Source of the DNA: Podarcis liolepis | Lineage: Eukaryota | DNA length: 64,000 nucleotides | Reading direction: 5' to 3' (one strand) | Assembly: GCA_965112155.1 (NCBI GenBank) | Contig: OZ218104.1 | Shown: in pieces, positions 12,201-23,900 of the stretch | Position numbering within the stretch: the first letter of the stretch is position 1 | How the letters are laid out: every line of letters begins with the position of its first letter | Translations under genes and position numbers: made by a program | Notes under the pieces: generated by a model | What the model saw: the letters and a program-made list of their open reading frames with translations, nothing else | Databases searched by the model: none | Told to the model about the DNA's origin: nothing

Positions 12201-12778
12201 TCCCCTAGCCAGAATTCTCTTTCTCTATAAGTTCAGCCTGAGTTGCCACCCTTCCCACACCCACTTCCTTTGGATAAATTAGCAATTTATTGTTAGCCCA
12301 CACAACCAACTTTCTTTGGATAAATTAGCAATTTATTGTTAGCCCACACCAACAAGAACCTGATATTGCTCAAAACAGTTGAATGTAACACTGGCTTTGT
12401 TAGAACTGTTCATCGTTCTGAGATCTAGATGGCTGCAAAAAAAATGCCTTGGTGGTTCCTTCTGCTGCTTTTTCCCTTCACCGTTTTCCTCTGCTCCTTC
12501 CTTGCCAGGACTCTGCCTCATCCACACCAAGCTCTCCGAAATACAAGAGGCCAGACCAGCCGGGTAAGAGCTGTGCTTCTTCTTTGCTGCCTCCTCTTGC
12601 CCAGTTCATCCATGTGGGGTCAGTGGTTATGGAATCATTTGTGCTTCATGCCAGTCTCCCCTCTTTTATCCATAGCTGGTGGGCGATGGTGAGCTACGGC
12701 GTCTTCATGGTTATCCTTGGAGCATTTATCTTTGGACAGACAACTACCAACGCTATCTTTATGGATCTCAAGAAGTGA
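5995..12778 (+). CDS. SLC38A7: Sodium-coupled neutral amino acid transporter 7 (SNAT7), spliced CDS, 459 aa
   Basis: join(5995-6255,6981-7179,8530-8674,8968-9063,9830-9887,11031-11145,11326-11473,11609-11808,12509-12563,12676-12778) = 1380 nt. All introns GT-AG with compatible phases. Peptide matches recalled SLC38A7 ([77 protein letters not shown]). N-terminal ERARLL fits a [DE]xxxLL lysosomal sorting motif. Confidence 0.97.
6981..7179 (+). CDS. SLC38A7: SLC38A7 coding exon 2
   Basis: CAG|[30 protein letters not shown]...GDQQDK|GTGAGT. Confidence 0.95.
7474..7609. mobile_element. hAT-type palindromic MITE
   Basis: TCCAGATGTTGCTGAACTGCAACTC / GAGTTGCAGTTCAGTAACATCTGGA inverted arms. Related decayed copies at ~21-100, 3335-3440, 6715-6820, 9430-9545, 13265-13400, 13820-13940, 14830-14900, 36990-37070. 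Confidence 0.78.
8530..8674 (+). CDS. SLC38A7: SLC38A7 coding exon 3
   Basis: TAG|[27 protein letters not shown]...EIGFQKYA|GTAAGC. Confidence 0.95.
8968..9063 (+). CDS. SLC38A7: SLC38A7 coding exon 4
   Basis: CAG|[31 protein letters not shown]|GTATGT. Confidence 0.95.
9830..9887 (+). CDS. SLC38A7: SLC38A7 coding exon 5
   Basis: CAG|[19 protein letters not shown]|GTGAGG. Confidence 0.95.
11031..11145 (+). CDS. SLC38A7: SLC38A7 coding exon 6
   Basis: CAG|[38 protein letters not shown]|GTAGGC. Confidence 0.95.
11326..11473 (+). CDS. SLC38A7: SLC38A7 coding exon 7
   Basis: CAG|[23 protein letters not shown]...[10 protein letters not shown]|GTGAGT. Confidence 0.95.
11609..11808 (+). CDS. SLC38A7: SLC38A7 coding exon 8
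   Basis: CAG|[30 protein letters not shown]...[12 protein letters not shown]|GTAGTT. Confidence 0.95.
12268..12349. repeat. Tandem duplication, period 46 bp
   Basis: CTTTGGATAAATTAGCAATTTATTGTTAGCCCACAC at 12268 and 12314. Confidence 0.9.
12509..12563 (+). CDS. SLC38A7: SLC38A7 coding exon 9
   Basis: CAG|[17 protein letters not shown]|GTAAGA. Confidence 0.93.
12676..12778 (+). CDS. SLC38A7: SLC38A7 last coding exon
   Basis: TAG|[33 protein letters not shown]. Confidence 0.95.
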
Positions 12779-15054
12779 TCCCTACAGCTGCCCGCGGACG
12801 GCTCCTTTCCTCCTCTGGATTCTTGAATTCCAATTTTGGGGGATGTCTCGTGTCAGCAGGAGGCAACCGTTCCCTCCACTCTCCCCCAGTGATTGTGCTA
12901 CTCCTGTTTTGTTTTGTTGGGAGCCTCTTCCGAGACTTTGATTTCCATTTTCTTTCCCATTTAATTCTTGATAGACCAGTCAAGTCCCCACAGGGCCACT
13001 TGCTGTGCATGCAGCTTCACACTCTGAACACAAACTGAATCCCTCTTTGCCTTTTGGGACATCACTCTCAAAAAGGACTCTCCTTTGGCCTTGCCTTCCA
13101 CACACTTGTGTAAGAGGACTCAGGCCCTTCACTACACAACTTCTACTCTAAATTTATGTGCCCGGGGGGCTCATCTTTGTATCATGACCAGTGATGTAGC
13201 AAAGGTCATGTGGTTGATAATGACATGACTGCACAGTGTGAACTACAGCTTAATTACTTTAAGGCAGCCTTCTCCAGCCTGGTGGCTGGTTTGGATGACA
13301 ACTCCCATCAGCCCCAGCTAGTACGGACATATGATGTTGGGACAGATGGGAGTTTCCCTCTGAAACATTTGGTAGGCACCCTGTTGGTAAAGGCTGGCCT
13401 GTGGACTTGGTGCTTACTGTGGAAGTTATTTGTTTTTATATTGTTGCTATCCTTTTACTTTTTATATTTGAAAATGAAAACTGAGGGAAAAGATCCTTGA
13501 GTTTTAGATACACGTACATTGGAAAAGGGAATATTTGACTACATTTGAGGGCATTTCCTTGGCATCAAATTCACACAGATCCTTCCTTCCTCTCACCTGA
13601 CTACTTCCTTCCCCTCCTTTCTGGTGAGATTCGCCAGATTCAGATGCCACATGAACAAACTCTATTCCTTTGCTGGACGGTGTCTCTGCTCCATCCAATC
13701 ATGTTTTAACCCACAGTATTCATTTGGTTCTCAGTTGTCAGAGACCTATTTCCTTTTATGTTTTCATTTGATTAAGTTGATGCCAGATTCTGGGGCTGTA
13801 TCACAGGTTTGCCATGTGTGGGGAACCTGTAGCCGCCCCCCAGATGCTCTCATCTGCGTGTGCAACCAGCCAGGCCCAATTGTCAGGGATGATGATGGGA
13901 GCTCTGTTAGTACAGCAACATCTCAGGGCCACACCTTCTGTTGCAGGACCCCATTCGTATCTGTTTGTTCCAATGTGGCATTTTGTAGCATGTTCTGATG
14001 TTTACAAAGCAGATTTTTAGCAGGTCTCTATGTCCTGGCAGATGGGGCTAAAGTCCAGGCTCTCTCTCAATGTCAATTATACACTAATTTTGAAGATTTT
14101 TTTTGTGGGGGGGGGGGTTGCAACACACCCTCCCAGCCCCCATTTCAAATCTTGTGTGCCAGGGTGGGTGGTGGTGGTGGTGAAGTTTGGGTTTTAATGG
14201 GACAATGTCACCATGGAAATAAGAATTAAAAAGGAAAATTCCAACTTCTGGGTTGCTTGTGCTTTGATTCCTGTCCATTAAAGGAGATCCAGTTCTAGGT
14301 GGCTTCATAGCTTGGTTCTCCTGCAGCGGGACAGAGAAGCCCAAAACTCCCACCTTCACCTTCTTCCTTGCAGGAACCATCTCTTTGTCAAACTGCCAGC
14401 TATTGAGCAACCCTTCCCAGCTTCTCTTTCGCTCATTGAGTGATGCAGCATAGTTGGAGCAAAATAGTTTTGCCCCTCTCCAAGATCTGGAAAGTGGAGA
14501 GAGAGAAGACAGTTTCTAGTGGCAGCACTAGGGAAACTGGTGTGGGCAATCCATGCAGGGTAACATTGCCTTACAGGTTCTGTTTATCTAATCTTTATGA
14601 AACAAATTGCATTTGATTAATGTTTGCATAACATATTCCTATACATAACCAGATCCTTTGCTGCAGGCCCTTTAATTTCATGTCTGTTTTTATGTTCCGC
14701 CTTTCTGCATAGAACTCTGTGGGTCATGATCACAAGAACCACTGTTTAGAAAGTCAGTAGAAAGAAAAATAAAACCAGTCAAAGTCACCAGCAGAAATGC
14801 TACTAAAATGCGAGAGGTGGAGCAGGCCTCTCAGGCTCCGCAACCAGGTGCCCTCCAGATGTTTTGGATTGCAAATCCTCAGCCAGTGTCAACTACAGTG
14901 GTGTAGATGTAAGCCGACTTGGGGATTTTTCTCTTCCAGCATCCTAGATTTTAAGTTGTTCCTGGTGAGTGCCCAGATTGGGGATACCATTGAGCTGCCA
15001 CGGCCTAAATAAATTAACATTATTATGTATACGACTTTGGTTTAGTGCCATGTA

Positions 15055-15280
15055 CAATGGTACCTCAGGTTACATACGCTTCAGGTTACAGACTCCGCTA
15101 ACCCAGAAATAGTACCTTGGGTTAAGAACTTTGCTTCAGAATAAGAACAGAAACCGTGCTTTGGCGGTGTAGCGGTAGCAGGAGGCCCCATTAGCTAAAG
15201 TGGTGCTTCAGGTTATGAACAGTTTCAGGTTAAGAGCGGACCTCTGGAACGAATTAAGTACTTAACCCGAGGTACCACTA
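15055..15280. mobile_element. Tc1/mariner (Tigger-like) MITE
   Basis: TIRs CAATGGTACCTCAGGTTA / TTAACCCGAGGTACCACTA, with TA on both flanks. Confidence 0.85.
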
Positions 15281-17624
15281 TACATAGTTTGACCCAACAG
15301 AGTCACCTTTGTTTGGAGGTGTGCATGGAATAGTTTTTGTGAATGGCTTTGAGGGGGGGGCAGCTTCCCCATCTCGTATTTTTATATATTTTTATTTCCT
15401 CTTCCCACAAAGGACCCTGTCCTTTAAATTCACCATGGTGAGATTTGTATAATTTGCATCAAGAAACCTGTCTCAAACCACAGCTGTATTCCTCACTTGT
15501 GTCTTGTTTGGTGCTACCCTTTTTGGTAGGATCTGCTTGGCCTCAAACTGCACTGGCAACAAGCTTTTCCAAGGGCAGGAAATGTGCTGAGTCAATAGAA
15601 AATATTTTGCCTGGAAAATAGGAGGCAGCAACCTTGAAAACCCTACTTAGAGCTTGTGTGGGTCACTGCTATTTTTATCTTACTGTACTGTATTTTTTTA
15701 TTTGTTCCACCTCACACTGAGGGAGAAAATTCCAAAGGTGAAAAGTGGGACTGATTAAGAGCAGGTGTTGCTGAGTCTCACTTCCACTTGAAGAGGGGTT
15801 CCTTAGTTTCATCCAGGTGAACTTTCTTGAAGGGACAGAGAGGTACACAAAGACCCTCAAAGGATCAGATAACTTGATAGATGGCATTCACTTTCCCAAA
15901 TTGATGGATTTGGAGAGAAATGAATATGACTGAGTAGAAAACAAAAGCACCTACCTTGTGTTCAATAAGGGGCAACCTCATCTGTGTGCCTTCCAGCACC
16001 TGCCAGGCTTGAATGGGTAAATTTGTGAATCCACCATTGACACCTCAGGGAAGTGGGTTCTCAGAGGAGTGAATTACAGATGGTTCCTTCCAAGTGGGGT
16101 GTTTGTGCCATAGCCCATCATTTGTCTGGCTTGGGCAGACTGGTGGCATCAGGCAAGCCAGCCTGGCACTCCTGACTGAATTTAAGCTCTCAACCTGGGC
16201 AACATCTTACTGAGAGGGGGAACCAGACTGCTGGTCTTCAGCCCATCTCAAGCTTGCACACCATGATTCCAGGCATCCAAAACTTCTAGTCCACCCTCAA
16301 ATATAAATATTTCCGGCACAGCTGGATGAAACAAACTGGAGAAGGCAGCCACAGTCTGCAGCATCCACCACATCAATAGAAGAGGGCATTTCAGGCCAGG
16401 AGGGAAAGTTTCCATGACTTTGAGAAGACGTGTTTTGCACTTTAGAAACTCTGGACCCAGCCTGTGAGCTGGCCCACACATACACACTTAGGAGATGGTT
16501 AGCATGTGGGATTGAGCCAATGCATATCTACCAGGGAGATCAGCCTGGGCCACCACAAAGACTGCACTGTTCAACGGGGGATCTCAGGTGATGTGCTCCA
16601 CATAACTGAAAGGGTACCTTATATTTTGGAAAAGCTTGACTCCTGATGGAGAAGTGAAATTCAGCTGGGTTATGAATAAAAGCACCTAATTTTTCAAACT
16701 TGTTACTTAAGTCTGCTAGAGATCCGATATACCAACTTCCACCAGATGAGATTACCCAAGTGTCTTGTACCCTTACTTTTCCAGGTGATGCATCAGGTTT
16801 TAGCTAAGATAGTTGTGAAGTTGGAATAGAAGAGCACTAACATAATGGAGGCGCTGGACCCAGCTTTTAAGTGGCTAATTACCATTTCTGAATTAAGTGC
16901 TGGTTTTTAAGGCTACTAGAACCAGAGGTAATTCACTATTCTATAATTCAGTCTATCTCTATTGATCCAGTAAAGATTCAAGTGAATCAGCAGTGGTTGT
17001 TGATACACTTCATCAAAGAAAAGTTTCAGATTGGGGGACTCATACATCACTGTGCTGTTTTTTTGTCACTGAGCAACAGCTTACAGTACTGTATTATTTT
17101 ATTTTCTTACCTGTCCAAATGAAATAGTTTGTTATCCTTAGTTGGTTATCCATTTTTCCCCCCCAAATGTCTGGGAGACCTAGGTTTGAAAAAGAGCTAA
17201 TCCAAGGATTAAAAAAATAAATAAAACCTACATACAGCAACAGTGTTTTGTGTTGTGTAGGCTCCTATGATGTAAGTAATAGGCCCCGCCTGCTAGCCTG
17301 CTCCCTAAAATATCACATATAAAGGGCCCCATTATCTTCAGTAGCTTAGGGCCTCATCAAACCTAAGTCCGGGCCTATGCCTAGATATTTCTGCTTCTCA
17401 GATTTTGAGAGATTCCATTAAGGAAGTGTCACTTAACCGTATCAGTACCAATTCTTGGAAAAGATTGATCATAATTTACCTTGAAGCCAGAGACTTAGCC
17501 AAATTGGTCAATCTAATCTGAAGTCTTGTTAGGCTAAACAAGGTGAAGGTGACATTTCAAAGTGACATTTCCTTCCAAAGAAGCCTGGCTTGTGTTTTGC
17601 TGGTACATTGAGCCACGCTGCCCA

Positions 17625-17756
17625 CCTTCCCATTATCTCTAGTAATCAAGAAGCAAGATTATGCTCTTGGCTTGTTATCAGAGTACACAGGCCGAGCATG
17701 ATATAAGGTGCCCTGCAGCTCCACCACTCTATGGCAGCCTGTGCCAAAACAGCACC
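17625..17756 (+). promoter_or_regulatory. Putative TATA/GATA promoter of the CTSA-like gene
   Basis: TATAAG at 17702-17707, about 55 nt upstream of the ACCATG start. WGATAA sites on the minus strand at 17633-17638 and 17675-17680. No CpG island. Confidence 0.5.
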
Positions 17757-17929
17757 ATGCACCTCTTGTTCAGGTTGTGTGTCGTCTTCAGTGCCTCCTT
17801 TTGCCTCTGCTCAGGGACAGATGCCTCTCCGGATCTCATCACTTCCCTGCCAGGACTGTCTGAGATGCCAACCTTCCAGCAATGGTCCGGCTACCTCCAG
17901 GCAGGATCTGGCCAATACTTCCATTACTG
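17757..17929 (+). CDS. CTSA-like exon 1
   Basis: [58 protein letters not shown]|GTAAGC. Confidence 0.9.
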
Positions 17930-20900
17930 GTAAGCAGAGAGAGAGAGAGAGATTGAGTTAATATTCATGTCTCCTCTTCATTGAACTGTTCATTGCTTTT
18001 GGGTATGTGCTGGCCGACCTATGCATGCTTCCACTTGCTCATTAAGAGCTAAAAAGCTAATCCTGGCCATGACACATTGCTAACATCCAGGCAACAGCTG
18101 CTTCATGGACTTCCACCATTGGTGGCAGCAGCAACACTTCTGAATGCCAGTTGGTGGAATGTGCAGGAGGGCAGAGCACTCTTGTGTTTGGGTGTTGTCT
18201 GCAGGTTTTCCTTGGGGGCATCTGGTTGGCCCCTGTGAGAGCAGGATGCTGGGCTAGATGGGCCCCCTTGGGCGTGATCCAGCAGGCTCTTCTGATGTCC
18301 TTTGGTCTTGCTAACCATTTGTTGAAATTGCCTTTGCCAAGATGTTCTGGATGAGCCGCAGTTTACAGAAACGTTTATGCTTCTCTACTGCCCTGGAACC
18401 AGCTGTGTGGAGCAGCCTAAGAATAAATTGGTTGCTTAGCTTGATTGATGGATTATAGTAATTTGTGTCTTCCCTTTACAGGCACAAATTCCCCCCAAAG
18501 CAGCTGACAAATAAAGTCAAAGTGCAATAACAATAAGACCATTATGTAAACAGAAGCTGTTTCATTTCTGGTGGTGATTCATGTCCCTGCAGAGGGGCGG
18601 GGGTGGGGGCAGGAGGGAGGCAGGTCCAGTAGGAACAGGCTGCCATGTTGTATGTTGTAGTTCCTTGCCTGCCTCTCTCCTGGATTCCTGCCCATAGGGT
18701 AGCTGCATGGAGGAAAACGTTGATTCAGTGGGGGTTGGTTCACTAGCGTAAATGAAGCACAGCCCCACCAACCTTCGCCATGTCACAACTGCCTGCCTTA
18801 TGATATACAACGGGCCCAGGGAGTGGCCCTGCTTGCCACCTTCCTCTTCCTCAGTCTCAGGGTTGATCTTGTAGAACTCACATGGGAGGAAGATGGGGAC
18901 AAAATTTTCTGGCGCTGGCTGTGGCTCCACCTCTCTCTGCCTACCATTAACCTCTCTGCCTTCTGCTCCACTAGTCCCACAGGGAACACCACATTTATTT
19001 ACACCCCCAATGATGATGCTCCTGTTCCATGTTCCCAATGCAGCCCCTCACCCAGCACAGGCATGCTTAGCTGTAAGACTGCTACAACATCAGGCAGAGG
19101 CAGTTTTTGGGTGGCACAACCAGAGCAGTCACACTGGGTGCCACACTGCAGGGTTCACCAAAACAATGCTGTAGAACAAAGCATAAGAGGCGAGATTGCA
19201 CCAAATATTAGTGTCACACAGGGCGCCACTGAAATTTGAGAGCCCAAAGTCTGCTACTGCATCAGGTATCTTCCTCGGGTCTCCATTCTTTGGGCCTCCT
19301 CTAAACATATCCATCAGGGTGTTTGCTCTCTCCCTTTCTATCCTGACAGGTTTGTGGAGTCTCAGGGCAACCCAGCGACTGACCCCGTGGTGCTCTGGCT
19401 AAATGGGGGACCAGGCTGTAGTTCCATGGAAGGCCTCCTGGCTGAGAATGGACCTTTCCATGTGAGTCTGTGGCCGCTCTGTATGCTGATGGGAAAGGAG
19501 AGAAACATAGGACAAGGAAGGGGTTGTGGATCAGGCAGTTGGGGCTCAACTGGGCCTGAAGCTCTTGATCTCATCTCAAAGTTGTGGAGGCTGCCTGGGA
19601 TCATTCTGTCAGGAGGGAAAGGTGCTCTATACAGGCGCAGAGGCAACATTATTTACTTACTGTAAGATCACCAGCGCCAGGTGCAAAGGGGCTCTATGTT
19701 GTTTTAGTTTTGCCCAAAGTTGTTGAGATTTGGGGATTTTCTCATACATTTGCCTGATTTCTGCCTGGACACTTCTGCTGACTGCAGTATTCTGTTTGTG
19801 TCCGGGAGAATCTGGATGTATAGCAATCCTGCAATAATGCCCAGACCAACTCACAGATGCCTGATTTCTCAAGGACTGGGAATCTGAGACTGTGCTTGGA
19901 GGCAATTGATATGGAAGATTTAGTGAACAGCATGCTGCAAATACCTCACATGCCCAAAGTAACCCTCTTTGTCTGCCTCATGGTTTTGTGTAGCTGAATG
20001 ATGATGCAACACTCTACCTGAACCCCAACAGCTGGAACAAGGTAGCCAACGTGCTTTACATGGAATCTCCGGCTGGAGTTGGCTATTCCTATGCCACAGA
20101 AGACAGCCCTATCAATGACAGCCAGGTAGGTCACTTGCTGTTCGTTCCTGGCCTAAGGGACGCATTCTCTAGTAAACAAACCGGGGGTGAGGCATATCAC
20201 ATGCCAGTGGTGAGTGGGGCAATAATTGGAATGGTGATGGTACCAGCTGATCAGGGAAGGTTGTCAGTCCTGTGGCAGTAATATAGGGCAGAACCACACT
20301 ATACATCATCATCATCATAATTAATTTGTACTCCACCCAACTGACTGGGTTGCTCCAGTCACTCTGGGCAGCTTCCAACAGAGTATAAAAGAACACGTGA
20401 TACATCAGACATTAAAAGCTTCCCAATACAGGGCTGGCTTCAGATGTCTACAGAAGTCATATAATCGTTTATATCTTTGACATATGATGGGAGAGTGTTC
20501 CATTGGGTGAGTGCCACTACCAAAAAGGCTCTCTGCCTGGCTCCCTGTAGGTTCACTTTTTCAAAATGAGGGAACTGCCAGAAGGCCCTCTGAGCTGGAC
20601 CTCAGTCACAGATTTAAAAGTGCCAGTGCACATTTACGTAAACCATACGACTTCCCCTAAAGAATCCTGGGAATTGTAGTTTGCTAAGGGCACTGGGAAC
20701 TGCAGTTCTTTGAGAAAGAAACTACAATTATCAACATTCTTTGGGGGAGCCATGTGTTGTAAATGTGCATTGGCTGTGCCTTAAATGTATGGCATGGTTC
20801 TATCCAGAGGCAATATAGACTTCCTACACAGCTGCCTGGGCTGTGAGGGATCAGCTCACAAAAGTTTGTAAGTATTGTTGGGACAGAATCCATTTGCCTT

Positions 20901-23900
20901 ACAGTTAGAAGTCTTTATTTGGCTGTTCACTGAGCCAAATCAAGACTTCTGTCATATACTCCTGACGGATGAGGAGCAGAGGGGTGGGGTGGGGGAAGAT
21001 AATGCCAGGAGTGTGTTTCTTAATGCAGCCACACATGATATGCACATCAAACTCTGTCCTATGATTTGCACCAAAGCTAAGTGGTGGGTCAAAATTTCTC
21101 CCTACTTCAGGTAGCTGAGGACAACTACCAGGCTCTCCAGAGTTTCTTTGCTAAATTCCCAGACTTTGCAAACAACGAATTTTATGTTTTTGGGGAAAGT
21201 TATGGTGGAATCTATGTCCCCACTCTCACTGCCAAGATTGCGGAAGGATCAGCAGGCATTAACCTGAAGGTAAACACAATCGCGGTACAGGAAGCAGAGT
21301 CACTGGAAAACCAGGAGAGCTAAGATCTTCCATGTAGGCCAAATGGCACATTTAGGGGCAATGTGTGAGCACTGCCAACCCAAAAGCAGCAGCCACTAAT
21401 GCAGACTTTGCCCTGATGACAACAAGCCCTGAAGGCCTCTCTCCAAGTGGGGAGGTGGATCCACTTTGAAGGCCTTGCTTGATAGCTGCCTCTGAATGTC
21501 CGGTGCCATTGCCCCACATCCAGTTGTGCTGTATCTCAAGAGGCACTAGTCACTACAGTTCCTTTGCCTGCTATCTTCAAACCTGGCATCAGGCCTGGTT
21601 CTAATTATAGCCTTTCAACTAACTATCCCATCATCCAATTTCATACAACTCCTTTCTTGGCATGATCTTCTGTTATCTGATTCCTCAGGGATTTGGGGTT
21701 GGCAATGGCATGCTGAGCTATTTCCTCAATGACGAGACACTGATGGAATTTGCCTACTACCATGGAGTGTTTGGAGATGAGTGAGTACAGAAGAGGACAA
21801 GGGGAGTTGGGTCAGCAAGTGGCCACAGGTAAATCTCCCGCCATACAAGTCAACAACTGGTAGCACATCTGGCCTCTAAAAGATTTGTCCTCGCCTTCTC
21901 CATTTGCCAGATCAAATCAGAAGCAAAAAAGGAGAGCGGAGACTGTAGTAAAGGGTCTTGCCCTTATCATGTATCACTGAGTACATCAGAAACAAGAAAC
22001 TGGCAAGCAAGGTGGTTGGATGGCAAGTGAGTCAAAGGTGTGCTAAATAAAGGGAAGCCATTGTTTCCTGTCCTTCATTCAGTGAATAAAACTAGCAATT
22101 ATCTCCACTGAAGAGAGGACAGAAAGAAAAACTTAACTTGCGCAAACTGTAGGCAGAATAGTCAGGGAGGTTGTTGACATCTCCAGGGAACAAAGGACAG
22201 ATATCTGTCAACACTGTTTGAACTTTCTGTTCTCCTAAGTTGTGAACCGCCCTGTGATCTTTGAGTGAAGGGTGGTATACAAATTTAATGACTGAATAAA
22301 AATGAATAAGCTTCCCTCTACCTGACACTCCACCTCCTTCTCTCCTGCCTTACAGTTTGTGGGCCTCCTTGAACGAAAACTGCTGTGATGAAGGAACTTG
22401 CAACTTCTCCAGCAACATGAACAGTGATTGCATCACAGCAGTGAGTGCCTGGTCTGAAAATCCTTGATACTAACTCATGTAGTGTGCACTTTGCAAACTC
22501 CATTTGCACCTGGTCACAAACTAGAATGTTCTAACTGTTATGCAATAATGTGTTTTGGCCTGAACTGGTAGATTATGGGTTTAGTAAAGTCTTCTGGAAA
22601 TGTCTTTGCCCTATTTTGTGCCCATAGCACCTACTACACCAAATTCTCTGAACAGCATTAGGATATTGCCAACATGTTACCACACCATTGAAATAATTGC
22701 AATGGGTGCTAATTAGTTACTGGGCTAAGTTCAATGTGCTGGTTTTGGTGCATAAATCCCTATACACCTTGGAACTAGGATTCCTGATAATCCCACCCCA
22801 TAGTGCTCTGTAGGTGAAGGCTGCCTGCAGGTACCGTCTTATAATGAGGTCCATTCTGCACAATGTAGTAATCAGATCCTTAGTGTTGGGGCACCTACCC
22901 TTGGGAATCCCCTCCCCTTGAATATTACACAGCTGCAATCTCTTGTCTTTTCAGTGGCTATCTTTACCCCAGTCTGCATCTGTATTGGAATTGTTTTTAA
23001 GATTTTGGAATATGTTTTATCGCTTTGTTGTTAGCTGCCCTGGGCTGCTTTTGGCAGAAGGGCAAGATATAAATTTGATAATAAGCCCATAAAAATAAAC
23101 TGATGACCCTCAAAGGCTATAAATATTACCGAATTCCACACATCTGTTTCCTTTCTTCTCTTTGTGCACATAAACTCAGAGCGTAGCTAACTCTTCTATC
23201 CTCTTCTTCCCTGTTCCCATCCTCAAGATATCACAAGCCTATGGAATTCTTTATGGAATTGGCCTCAACGTGTACAACCTCTACGCATCTTGCTGGGGAG
23301 GAGCACACTACCAGGAGCGTTATGAAGCTGATTTCTCGAGCCTCTTCCACCACTACCAGTTTGATGTTCCAGTGCCAGTGAGTTGCTAGGCTATCTTCAT
23401 CAAATTTACACTTCACTCAGGTGGCTCTAGCGATTCTGTGAATTTGGCAAACTTAACCCCCCCCCAAAAAAATGCTTTCTTAAGCATTAATATTCAGTAT
23501 GGAAATTTATTCCCAAAAGTTTATGCTGGGAAGGCATGATTCATCCATTTATAAATGAACTATGGGCCACTTGCTGAATCAGGCTTAGGTCTGGCAAAGC
23601 AAGGTGCTGTTATCTTGCACCAGCTTTCCCCAGAAGAATTCAACCTCATATTGCCTTCTCCTTGCTTTCACTTTCAGAAAATTGGCTCTATCCCAGGAGT
23701 GCCACATTGTATAAATGCCACCGCTATGTATGTGTGGCTGAACCAGGATGAAGTCCGGCAGGCTCTCCACATCCCCAGCACTCTCCCAGACTGGGAGCTC
23801 TGCAGGTGACTCCCATCAAATGTTTCTGCCCTTCAGAAGCATGCAAAGGTTGTTTGGTAATGGAATGGTAATGAAGGGCAGTGGCCTGGCAAGGCTTTGT

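Noticed and set aside
12767-12778. C-terminal KK of SLC38A7 as an ER-retrieval signal
   Set aside because: The lysines are at -1/-2, not the -3/-4 or -3/-5 needed for KKxx/KxKxx.
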